From an uncultured Acidobacteriota bacterium (GTDB lineage Bacteria > Acidobacteriota > Vicinamibacteria > Vicinamibacterales > UBA2999): DNA of 64,000 nt. Under the pieces are notes generated by a model. The model was not told where the DNA came from and made no database searches. It was given only the letters and a program-made list of their open reading frames with translations. Each line of letters begins with the position of its first letter. Positions within the stretch are counted from its first letter, which is position 1. Of this stretch, positions 48,864-58,731 are shown piece after piece. Location: NCBI GenBank assembly GCA_963843885.1, contig CAWJMJ010000001.1, forward strand, positions 20,222 through 84,221, in the 5' to 3' direction. The translations under genes and the position numbers were made by a program.

Positions 48864-50551
48864 CTACCGCTGCGCCGTGGTCGGGGCCTGGTAGGTCTTC
48901 TTCTCGGCCGCCACCGCCGCCGCGACGTCGGCCAGCAGCTTCTGCGCGTCGTAGACGATGCCGTCCTTGATGGTGAACTTCACGCCGCCGACCTTCTCCT
49001 GACGGTTGGTCTGCGGGTTCAACCGCATGTGGCCGGTGCCGTAGAGCACCTTCAGGTTGCTGAGCGGGTTCTCGCCGACAATCACCAGATCGGCCAGCAT
49101 GCCCGAGCGCACGACGCCCATCGGCGCCGGTTCGCCCTTCGGCTCGTAGAGGGTCTTGGCGCCCCACATCGTCGCCGAGCGGATGACCTCGAGCGGCGAG
49201 AAGCCGGCCTCGCGCAGCAGCTCGAGCTCCTCGACGTAGGCAAAGCCGAACGTCTTCCAGATGAAGCCCGAGTCGGTGCCCACGGTGACGCGGCCGCCCA
49301 TGTTCTTGTAGTCGTTGATGAGCCGCATGTAGCGCTCGTAGAACTTCTTCCAGTGGTACTCGTTCTCGGTGGTCCAGTCGTAGAAGTACGAGCCGTGGTT
49401 GTCACGGGTGCTCTGGAAGTAGTTCCAGAGCTGCGGCATGGTGTAGGTCTGGTGCCAGTCGGCGTTGCGCGCGCGCATCAGATCGCGCGAGGCGGCGTAG
49501 ATGTTGAACGTCGGGTCGAACGTGACCTTGTTCTTCTTCTGCTGCTCGAGATACGCGATCCACTGCGGCGAACCGGGCTCGTAGGTCTGGTTCCAGATCC
49601 GCGCGATGTCACCGAAGCGATCCTGCTCGTTGTTGTAGTCGTAGCCGATCGGGTAGTCCTGGATGGTCTTGTCCTTGAGCAGCGACTCCATGTGCCCGTA
49701 GTAATGGGTGATGGTGTCGAGGTGCGCTTCGCCGGCGATGCGGCCGTTGAAGTTGGCGACGCCGTTCTGCGACAGGTGGGCGACGGTGCCCATCTTGTTC
49801 TTGTGCGCCTCGTCGATGGCCGCCGTGATGATCTCCGGCGTCTCGTCGCCGCGGTTGAAGAACTTGATGCCGTCGATGTTGTTGGCGGCGGCCCAGCGCA
49901 CCCACTCGCGCGCCTTCTCGGGCGACGTCACCGGGCCCTCCGCCCAGCCCGGAACCGAGCGTCTGGTAATTGAAGATGCGCGGCGCGGCGATCTCGTTCC
50001 TGGCCGAGCGCTCCTTCTCGGAGCTGGACACCGCGGCCGACGACAGCGACACGCCCCGCACGGTGGTGACGCCGTGGGCGAGCCACAGCTTGTAGGCGTA
50101 GCTCAGATCCGGCGCCTTGCCAGTGCCGGAGCCGTGCACGTGCATGTCGACGAAGCCGGGCATCACGTACATGCCCTGGCCGTCGATCTCGAAGTCGACA
50201 TCGCGCGGCTCGCGGTTGGGCGTAATGCGCCATGCCCGGCCAGCCGGCCTGCCGCACCTGGGTGATGCGGTTGTTCTCGATGACGATGTCCATCGGGCTG
50301 AGGGGCGGCCCGCCCGTGCCGTCGATGAGCGTCACCCCGCGGATGACCATCTTCTTGAACGGCCCCTGGCCTTCACCGGCCTTGCGGGCCGGCGCCGGCG
50401 TGTCGCCTTGACGGCCGCGGGCCGGCGCGGCCGCCGCCGGCGCGGCCGGTGCGGTCTGGCGGGCCTGAGCAAAAGGGGTCTCGGTGGTGGCGGCCGCCAG
50501 AGCCACGGCCGCCAATCCAGCGGCGATACAGAACGAATGACGTGTCTTCAT
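48864..50551 (-). CDS. Exported amidohydrolase family protein (indels)
   Basis: MPGFVDMHVH, GVTTVR, VGTDSG, ADLVIVGENPL. Confidence 0.9.
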
Positions 50552-50770
50552 TGATGAAAAGCCTCGGAAAACTGCGGCGTTAACCGGCCATTGTAGCGCA
50601 CCCGAATGCCCTGCGCGGCCGCTGTCCGCGCCGCCGTCGGGTTTGTCGGCGCCCCGGCGCCGGCCGACGTTAGGCTATTCTGCCGCCGCGGCGTGCTCGA
50701 ACCGTCAACGGCAGCAATGGGTCAGAAAGGGCGTGAACCTGTGGATCACATCGCATCGCCGGCGCAACCG

Positions 50771-53045
50771 ATGGAGCGCGTCCGACCAGTCAAGGGCCGA
50801 CGGGTGCCGTGGATCCTGACGGTCGTCCTTGGCACGCTGGTTTCGGTTGCCTGCCTCGCGCTGCTCCGTGACGTGGTCGAGGACGACACGGAGGCGGAGC
50901 GCGACCGTCCGGAGCGCGTCAGCATTGCCCGGCTCCTGGCGCAGCTCACGGCCACGGAGCGACAGCCGGGCGGCATGTTCTTCCCGCAGTTGCGGGGGAC
51001 GCTCTTCTGGGAGCCGCTGGGGCCGCAGCCGATTACCAACGAGGACCTGGTCGGGTGGCGCCAATGCCTCCGGCCGCGTCTCGGCGATCGCCTTGCACCC
51101 AAGCGACGTCAACATCGGCTATGTCGCCGCGGCGGGCGGCGGCGTGTGGAAGACGACCAACGGCGGTCAAGCGTGGACGCCAATCAGTGACCAGTTGTCG
51201 TCGCTGGCGTCTGGCGCCCTGGCCATCGACCCGATCAACCCGAATACCGTCATCTACGGCACGGGCGAGCAGCACTATTCCGGCGACAGCTTGTACGGCG
51301 ACGGGCTGTTCCGCACGGTCGATGCCGGGGCCAGCTGGTCGAAGATCGGAATGAAAGCCGGCGTCGGCAACTACATCGCGCGCGTCGGCATCTCGCCGGG
51401 GACCCTACACGTCTGCAGCGACCTGGGCTACGTCAGGTCGATCGACGACGGCGCCACCTGGACGGCGTTCACGCCCGGCGGCGGGGCCTGGTGCAACGAT
51501 CTGGTGCGCAGCGCGGCGGCGCCGCTGACATGGTTTGCCGGCTTCTACGGGAGCGGCATCTACAAGTCGATCGACGACGGCGCCACGTGGAGCGTGCTCC
51601 GCACCGGCCTGCCCGCGAACGGCTTCCAACGGATCAACCTGGCCATCGCCGACAGCAATCCCGAGGTCGTCTATGCCAGCCTGATCGCCCCGTCGGGCTC
51701 GCTGGCCGGGATGTACAAGACCACCAACGGCGGCATCTCCTGGTCGCTGCTGTCGGCCACTCCGAACTACGTGTGTACGCAGGGGTGGTACGACAACGCC
51801 TTGGCCGTGTCGCCGGCCGACCCGAACGTGGTCTACGCCGGCGGTGTGTTCTGGTCCTGCGGCGGAGGCATCGCCAGAACCACCAATGGGGGAAGTTCGT
51901 GGACCTACGTGACGGTCGGAACCAACGGCAGCCAAGTGCATCCCGACCAGCACTACTTCACGTTCGGGCCGGACGGCGCGCTGTGGGTGGCATCGGACGG
52001 CGGCGTCTGGAAGACGACCACGAGCGGCGCCGCTTGGGTGAATCTGAATCACGGTCTGGCCATCACGCAGTTCTACACGGTGGGCACCCATCCGACCGAC
52101 GCGAATTTCCTGGTGGCGGGCACGCAGGACAACGGCTCCCTGCAGTTTCAAGGGGCACCGGCGTGGCCGCAGGTGATTGGCGGCGATGGCGGACCAGTGG
52201 CGGTCGAGTGGAGCAACCCGAGCCGCTACTTCACGACCTACGTCCGGATGTCGCCGGTGTATCGCTGGCTGCGTCCCCTCGTTTCGCAGGGAACCGTCAC
52301 CGGGCCGTGGTCCAACGACCGCGCCAGCTGGGCCAATGGACCGTTGGTGGTGGACCCGAACCTCCCGACCACGCTGCTGGCCGGCACTCACCGCGTGTGG
52401 CAGACGACCAACAGCGGCAGCAGTTGGAGCGCCATCAGTAGTGACCTGACCAACGGCGGCCATCTGCGGGCGCTGGCCATCGCGGCAACGGACTCGAACG
52501 TGATCTACAGCGGCAGCAGCGACGGCCGCCTGTTCGTGACGTTCAACCGCGGCGCCAGCTGGCTCCCGCGCCAGACCGGGCTCCCGCCCGGGCGGGTCGT
52601 CTCCGACATCGTCGTCAGTCCGATCGATCCGCTGACGGCCTACGCCTCGATTGACGACGCAGCAGGAGGACGGCTCTTCGCCACCGTCGACGGAGGCACG
52701 ACGTGGCTCGACCGCACCGGGACGCTGCCGGCCGGCCTGCGCGGGATGTCGCTGGCCGTGGATTTCAACGCGGGCACGTTCTACCTGGGCACCGATTACG
52801 GCATCTATTCCACCGCCGATGGCGGGGCCACCTGGGTGCCGGAAGCGCTCAACCTGCCCGGAGTGCCGGTGTATGACGCGCAGATCGACGTGCTCAACGG
52901 CTACCTCGTGGCGGCCACTCACGGCCGCGGCATGTGGCGGGCACTGCTGTCAGGAGGCGGGACGCTCGGGCCGAGGCCGCTCACGACCGCGCCAGGCAGC
53001 GACCGGCCGCGGCGCGCGCGGATGCCCGCGCAGCCAATCCCGTAG
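50771..53045 (+). CDS. BNR/Asp-box beta-propeller glycosyl-hydrolase-like protein (indel near 51050)
   Basis: Repeated (S/T)xDGGxTW motifs; GTGE, HPDQH, GTQDNG, GGDGG, THGRG. Confidence 0.85.
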
Positions 53046-53163
53046 GCCACGTCAGGCACCGCGGGCACGTGCACCACGGTGCCGTCAGCGCGCCCGGCGT
53101 GAGCCGGGCCGGGTGGACGGGCCGGCTCGGCTGGTGTAGAGTCGGCCTTCCGAGGGAAGCATC

Positions 53164-53391
53164 ATGAGCGATCTCGACAAGAAGCTCGATCGAGCGAAAT
53201 CGGCGAAAATGAGCGCCGCTCCGGCGCCGCAATCCACACCCGGTTCACGCGCCGCGGCGGTCAGCGCCCCGAACGGCATGGCTCCGCGAAGCCACGCCAT
53301 CCAGGACGCGCTGGCCAGGCGACGGCAGGCCACGGAGGCGATGACCCCGCCCGCCGTGCAAGCCGCCACCCGCCGCGCGCGCGGGCTCTAA
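53164..53391 (+). CDS. Small hypothetical protein
   Basis: 75-aa ORF with GAGGGA upstream; fills the intergenic gap. Confidence 0.5.
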   Translation: MSDLDKKLDRAKSAKMSAAPAPQSTPGSRAAAVSAPNGMAPRSHAIQDALARRRQATEAMTPPAVQAATRRARGL

Positions 53392-53462
53392 GCACCGCGC
53401 CCGGGCGGAGTGACGGCGCTCGACCGTGACGGGTCGACGGGCTCACTTTCGCCCAGCGGCAA

Positions 53463-54269
53463 TCATCGGGCCCTGGGCCTCGCTCGCCGAGCCGTTGCGG
53501 TCTTCTTCGCAGCGTTGTTCGCCGTCTTCTTGCCAGCCTTCTTGGCGGCTGTGGTGGCGCTCGTCCTGGTCGGGCTCGTCGCGCGCTTCTTCGCGGCCTG
53601 CCCGGTCTTTTTCGCCGCCTTCTTCGCGGTCTTGGCCGTCCGTCGCCCTGCCGCTCCTCGCGCGGCCTTGCGGGACGTGGGCGCAGCGGACGACAAGGTG
53701 AGCGCGCCCGCAATCCGGCGCAACACGCCACCAATCGCGGCCCCGGCCGATTGCTCTTCGACGACGACCCCGTCCGATCCGGACGCGCGCGCGTTGATGC
53801 CGCCTTCGGCCAGCGCCGACAGCTTCTTGTCGGCGGCCCCCTCCTCATCCAGATTGAGCTGAAGGGCGTCCGCCGCCTCAGCGAGACCCAGCGCCCGGGC
53901 CCAGGCCACCATGGTGCCGTAGGCGGCCATCTCGTAGTGCTCCACGCGCTGGGCGCTGGCAATCAACGCGGCGTCCTTCGTGGCTGCGTCGAAGGTGTCC
54001 TCCATGACCGACTTGCCCTCGTCGAGGATGCCGGCCATGCCGTCGCAGTGCTTGCCGCGCGCCTTTTCGTCCACGCTTCCGAAGACGCCCTCGAGCCGTC
54101 CGACGTGGCCGCGCGTCTCCACCAAGTGGCTGGCGAATGCCGCACGGAGCCCTTCGTCGGAGGCGGCGCGCGCCATCTTCGGGAGGGCCTTGATCAACTG
54201 CTTCTCGGCGTCGTAGGCGTCGCGTAGTTCGTCGAGGAATGCGTCCCGTAACTTTTTGGTGTCGGCCAT
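53463..54269 (-). CDS. Ferritin-like DUF892 (YciE/YciF) protein with Lys/Ala-rich tail
   Basis: ELRDAYDAEKQ, HLVET, QRVEHYEMAAYG, EEGAADKKL. Confidence 0.92.
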   Translation of the reverse strand: MADTKKLRDAFLDELRDAYDAEKQLIKALPKMARAASDEGLRAAFASHLVETRGHVGRLEGVFGSVDEKARGKHCDGMAGILDEGKSVMEDTFDAATKDAALIASAQRVEHYEMAAYGTMVAWARALGLAEAADALQLNLDEEGAADKKLSALAEGGINARASGSDGVVVEEQSAGAAIGGVLRRIAGALTLSSAAPTSRKAARGAAGRRTAKTAKKAAKKTGQAAKKRATSPTRTSATTAAKKAGKKTANNAAKKTATARRARPRAR

Positions 54270-54422
54270 GACTGTTCTCCGCGTGTGGACGAAATCGATC
54301 CCGAGCGCTCCGTGGAACGGCAGCAACACGCGATGGTTTCCGCGTTGCGTAAGTCTGTGACGCTTACTACTCACATATAGCAGACGCTAACGCTTCGGGC
54401 GAGAACTGTTGCGCCAGTGATC

Positions 54423-54436
54423 GGCTCGCAGTTTGC
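54423..54436 (+). promoter_or_regulatory. Possible sigma-54 -24/-12 promoter
   Basis: GG-CTCGCAGTTT-GC upstream of the DUF6496 gene. Confidence 0.35.
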
Positions 54437-54567
54437 ACCGCGCTCCATATCCGCGCGCGACGCGAGACCCTCCAACTGCCCCCGCAGTGGAGCGCGACGC
54501 GGCGAAGCCTGGCGCGGGAGTCGGCGGATGAGCCGTCGGAGCCAGCGCCGGCAGATGGAGGAGCGCG

Positions 54568-54906
54568 ATGGCGAAGTACGGACCAGCGGCAGCGAAGAAG
54601 GTCGCATCGACGATGCGTCGGAAGAAGAAGGGCACGCTGAAGAGCGGGTCGGGGCGGAAGGTCACCAGCCGCAAGCAGGCGATCGCCATCGGCCTGAGCG
54701 AGGCGCGTGAAGAGGGGGCCAAAGTGCCGCCGCCCAAGGCCGCGCGCAAGTCGACCGCACGTAAGTCGACCGCACGCAAGACGGGCGCGCGTAAGACGGG
54801 TGCACGTGGGACGGGCGGCCGGAAGACGTCGAAGGCGAAGACGTCGCGGAAGACATCGCGGAAGACCACGGCCAAGACCTCGCGCAAGACCAGCGCGAAG
54901 AAGTAG
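54568..54906 (+). CDS. DUF6496-type small basic protein with histone H1-like tail
   Basis: GTLKSGSGRKVTSRKQAIAIGLSEAR; pentapeptide repeats; GGAGG SD. Confidence 0.85.
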   Translation: MAKYGPAAAKKVASTMRRKKKGTLKSGSGRKVTSRKQAIAIGLSEAREEGAKVPPPKAARKSTARKSTARKTGARKTGARGTGGRKTSKAKTSRKTSRKTTAKTSRKTSAKK

Positions 54907-55061
54907 CGGCGGCAACGCCGTCGACGCCAGAGTTCAGACTAGAATCGACCCCCAGAGGCGGGGATGCTGAGCAGCTCGACGGCGGAATGCACGGCTCCAG
55001 GTCGGCGCGCCAAGGCGCGCCGCCGCCGACGCGACTCGCAAGCGGCGTTGGTCCCGGGTGA

Positions 55062-56460
55062 GTGGTCACGGTGACGCCTCCCAGTGCCCCGCCCTCGGGC
55101 GTCCTGCCGGGCGCGCCGGCTCCACTCGAGACCGGCGAACCCGGCTGGCGCCGTTCGCGGCTGACGCCATCGCTGGCCGAGGTCCACCGCACCATCCCGG
55201 TCCACGGGTTGACGTGGTGGCGGAAGATGATGGCGTTCGCCGGCCCCGGCTACCTGGTGGCCGTCGGCTACATGGACCCCGGCAACTGGGCCACCGACCT
55301 GGCCGGCGGTTCGCAGTTCGGGTACTCGCTGCTGAGCGTCATCCTGATCTCCAACCTGATGGCGGTCCTGCTGCAGGGCCTGGCCTCCAAGCTGGGCATC
55401 GTGACGGGTCGGGACCTGGCCCAGGCGTGCCGGGATCATTACTCGAAGCCGGTGGCGTTCGGGCTGTGGGTGCTGTGCGAGATCGCCATCGCGGCGTGCG
55501 ATCTGGCCGAGGTCATTGGCACTGCCATCGCGCTCAATCTGCTGTTCGCCATCCCGCTGGCGTGGGGCGTGTTCCTGACGGCGCTCGACGTCCTGCTCGT
55601 CCTCTACCTCCAGAACAAAGGCTTCCGGCTGCTCGAAGCGCTGGTCATCGCCCTGGTGATGGTGGTGGGGCTGTGTTTTCTCTTCGAGATCATCGTCTCG
55701 AAACCGGATCTGGGGGGCGTGGCGCGCGGCTTCATCCCGTCCTTCGAGATCGTCGCGCGACCCGGCCCGGCTCTACATCGCCATCGGCATTCTCGGCGCG
55801 ACGGTCATGCCGCACAACCTCTACCTGCACTCTTCCATCGTGCAGACGCGGCGCTACGAGGAGACGACCGACGGCCGGCGCGAGGCCGTGCGCTTCGCCT
55901 TCCTCGATTCGACCGTGGCCCTGTCGATCGCGCTCTTCATCAACGGGGCCATTCTGGTCGTGGCGGCAGCGACGTTCCACACGACCGGCAACACCCAGGT
56001 GGCAGAGATTCAGGACGCCTACAAGCTGCTGTCGCCGCTGCTCGGCGTCGGGGTGGCAAGCACCGTCTTCGCCCTGGCGCTGCTGGCCTCCGGCCAGAAC
56101 TCGACGCTCACCGGCACGCTCGCCGGGCAGATCGTGATGGAAGGCTTCCTCGACATCCGGATCCGGCCGTGGCTGCGGCGCCTGCTCACGCGCAGCGTCG
56201 CCATCGTGCCGGCGGCGATTGCCGCGATCGTCTACGGCGAGAGCGGCACGGCCCGCTTGCTCGTGCTGAGTCAGGTGGTGTTATCGCTGCAACTCTCGTT
56301 TGCGGTGTTTCCCCTGGTGATGTTCACGTCCGACCCGGCGAAGATGGGACAGTTCGTGAACGCCGGGTGGCTGAAGGTCCTGAGCTACGCCGTGGCCACC
56401 CTCATTGCCGTGCTCAATGCCTGGCTGCTGGTGCAGATCTTCGGAGAATGGATCGGCTGA
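55062..56460 (+). CDS. mntH: Nramp Mn2+/Fe2+ transporter (one indel)
   Basis: [34 protein letters not shown]. Confidence 0.96.
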
Positions 56461-56888
56461 TGTACCGTCGCATTCTCGTTCCGCTCGAGCACACCCAAAC
56501 CGACGCCAGTATCCTGGAGCACGTCAAGCGCCTGGCTCGGCACTGTTCCGCCTCGGTGGTGCTGATCCATGTCGCCGACGGCTGGGCGGCGCGGAACATC
56601 GCGCATCTGCAGCTCCGCCCGTCGGAAGAAATGAAGGTCGATCGCGCTTATATCGAGCGCATCGCGGCCGACCTCGCCGCGGAGGGATTCGCCGCCGAGG
56701 CCATCCTCGCCACCGGCGACCCGGCCAACGAGATCATCGCCGCGGCCGCGCGCGAACGGTGCGACCTGATCGCGATGGGCACGCACGGACACCGGTTCAT
56801 CGGCGACATGATTCACGGCAGCGTGGCCAGCGCCGTCCGTCATCAGACCTCGATCCCGGTGCTGCTGGTGCGGGCTCCATCCGAGTAA
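56460..56888 (+). CDS. Universal stress protein
   Basis: MYRRILVP...GDPANEI...DLIAMGTHG...GSVA. Confidence 0.92.
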   Translation: MYRRILVPLEHTQTDASILEHVKRLARHCSASVVLIHVADGWAARNIAHLQLRPSEEMKVDRAYIERIAADLAAEGFAAEAILATGDPANEIIAAAARERCDLIAMGTHGHRFIGDMIHGSVASAVRHQTSIPVLLVRAPSE

Positions 56889-57133
56889 CCGCGGGCGCCC
56901 GCGCCCACCGCGATCGGCGCAGTCGCCGCCTTGCGCCGGCGCCGCCGATGGGCGTGCGCCGAAGGCTTGACCGCCGCCCACGGGCCGACGCCGGCAGCGC
57001 GCAGCGCCTTCACCTGCGCCTTCTGCGATTCCGCGAGGCGCGCGCCGCGCTCGGCCAGCTGCAAGTCGAGTTGCACCGCGCTGACAGCAGGATGGCGGGT
57101 CAGGCGAGCGATGAGGGACGGCAAGAACACCAT
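56843..57133 (-). CDS. Small basic hypothetical protein
   Basis: GGAG SD before the ATG and a -24/-12 motif upstream; overlaps the usp 3' end. Confidence 0.4.
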   Translation of the reverse strand: MVFLPSLIARLTRHPAVSAVQLDLQLAERGARLAESQKAQVKALRAAGVGPWAAVKPSAHAHRRRRRKAATAPIAVGAGARGYSDGARTSSTGIEV

Positions 57134-57200
57134 GGCTGTATCTCCGGGGGATTGTCCTCGAGTGTCGAGGGCAGAGTGTCTTCTGCTGCGCCCCTCGTGT

Positions 57201-57214
57201 GCACGTGGCGTGCC
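57201..57214 (-). promoter_or_regulatory. Sigma-54 -24/-12 promoter candidate
   Basis: Minus strand aGG-CACGCCACGT-GCa. Confidence 0.5.
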
Positions 57215-57633
57215 TTGCCGCCAGTTGACCGCCCTCCGTTGAATTCCCTGGGAAAACGCGTATTTGTCACCATGAAGGCTGGGTCCGACGTGCCCGAGTT
57301 GCCGTGCGCGGTGGTGTTTTGTCTCCTGTGGGCCAGCCTTCCTTGCGGCCTCCAAGCATGCGCAGCGCCGACGCGAACTTGATACGCACGAGATGGCGGG
57401 ATGCCACCGCGGACCATTGCTGCCTGCCCCGCAGTATTGCGCCTCGAGTCCGTGACCAAGCACCGACACACGCATCACAGCGCGGCGGAGCGTGGGTAGC
57501 GCATCGCCCACAGTAGGCACGCTTGGATGCACACGCGCGCGTGGCAACGTCCCAGCATCGCCGGCAGCTCCGTCGCTTCGACGAATTGCGCCCAAATTCG
57601 CCCGGTCGAAATCGCGCCGTGACGCCGGCAGCG

Positions 57634-57647
57634 GGCATCGCCCTTGC
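57634..57647 (+). promoter_or_regulatory. Sigma-54 -24/-12 promoter candidate for the DUF1566 gene
   Basis: gGG-CATCGCCCTT-GCa. Confidence 0.55.
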
Positions 57648-57767
57648 ACTAGCGAGCCACGCACGCGGCGCCAGGCATCTTCGTGCCCATCGCCCCTGCA
57701 CCAACAGCCAGTGCCTCGCACCCGGAGCTGAACGTCCGCTTGTTTTGTCTTTGACCGGAGATCCTCG

Positions 57768-58688
57768 ATGACCCAGATGAAAAAGAACGTCGTGTTGCTG
57801 GCGGCGCTGGCCGTTCTTTCCTACGGCTCCACCGCATCGGCGCAGGTGTTCGGCACCTTCTCGTGGCAGATGCAGCCCTATTGCAACAACGTGACGATGA
57901 CCATCACGCAGATTCCGTCGGGCTACACCATCGACGGCTTCGACGATGGTTGCGGGGCAGCGAAGCGAGCGAGCGCCAACGGCATGGCCCACATCAACCC
58001 CGACGGCACCGTCGGCCTGAACTTCACGATCGTGCTGTCTGCCGGCCGGAGCGTCGACGTCGCGGCATCGCTGAGCCCGGTCTCGGGCAGCGGCCCATGG
58101 ACCGATAGCGCCGGCAATGCCGGCACGCTGGCCCTGTCGGTGTCGACGCCTGGACTTCCGGTCCGTCCGCTGCCGGCCGGGGGCACGCGCGCGTCAGCGC
58201 CCTGCTACACGAACAACTCAGCTGTCCGCTTCTACGACTGCGGCAACGGCACCATCACCGATGCCTCCACCGGGTTGATCTGGATGAAGGACGCGTCGTG
58301 CCTGGGGGCCATCTTCTACGCGGAAGCGAACCAGCGGGCGGCCGGCCTGGGCACTGGCCAGTGCGGCCTGTCGGACGGTTCGTTCCCCGGCGACTGGCGG
58401 CTGCCGACGAAGGCCGAATGGCAGGCCACCATGGCCCGGGCCCTGACCCTGGGTTGCACCGGCGCGTCGGCGCCCACATTCACCAATGACGCCGGCACCG
58501 CCTGCTACGGCAGCGGCGCAGGCTCGTCGTTCACGGGGCTGACGAGCGCCACCTTCTGGACGAGCACCACCTACGACGTCAACCCCGGCAACGCGTGGTA
58601 CGCGGACCTGCTCATTGGCACCATGAACGACTTCCTCAAGACCAACGGGACGCCCCGGGTCTGGGCGGTGCGCGGCGGCCTGAAGTAA
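57768..58688 (+). CDS. Secreted DUF1566 (Lcl C-terminal) domain protein
   Basis: Signal peptide; GTITDASTGLIW, DWRLPT..E, FWTST, NAW, VWAVR. Confidence 0.88.
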   Translation: MTQMKKNVVLLAALAVLSYGSTASAQVFGTFSWQMQPYCNNVTMTITQIPSGYTIDGFDDGCGAAKRASANGMAHINPDGTVGLNFTIVLSAGRSVDVAASLSPVSGSGPWTDSAGNAGTLALSVSTPGLPVRPLPAGGTRASAPCYTNNSAVRFYDCGNGTITDASTGLIWMKDASCLGAIFYAEANQRAAGLGTGQCGLSDGSFPGDWRLPTKAEWQATMARALTLGCTGASAPTFTNDAGTACYGSGAGSSFTGLTSATFWTSTTYDVNPGNAWYADLLIGTMNDFLKTNGTPRVWAVRGGLK

Positions 58689-58731
58689 GAGACGGACCCG
58701 CAGCCCGACGGCGAGAGCGAGGTCCTCCCCC

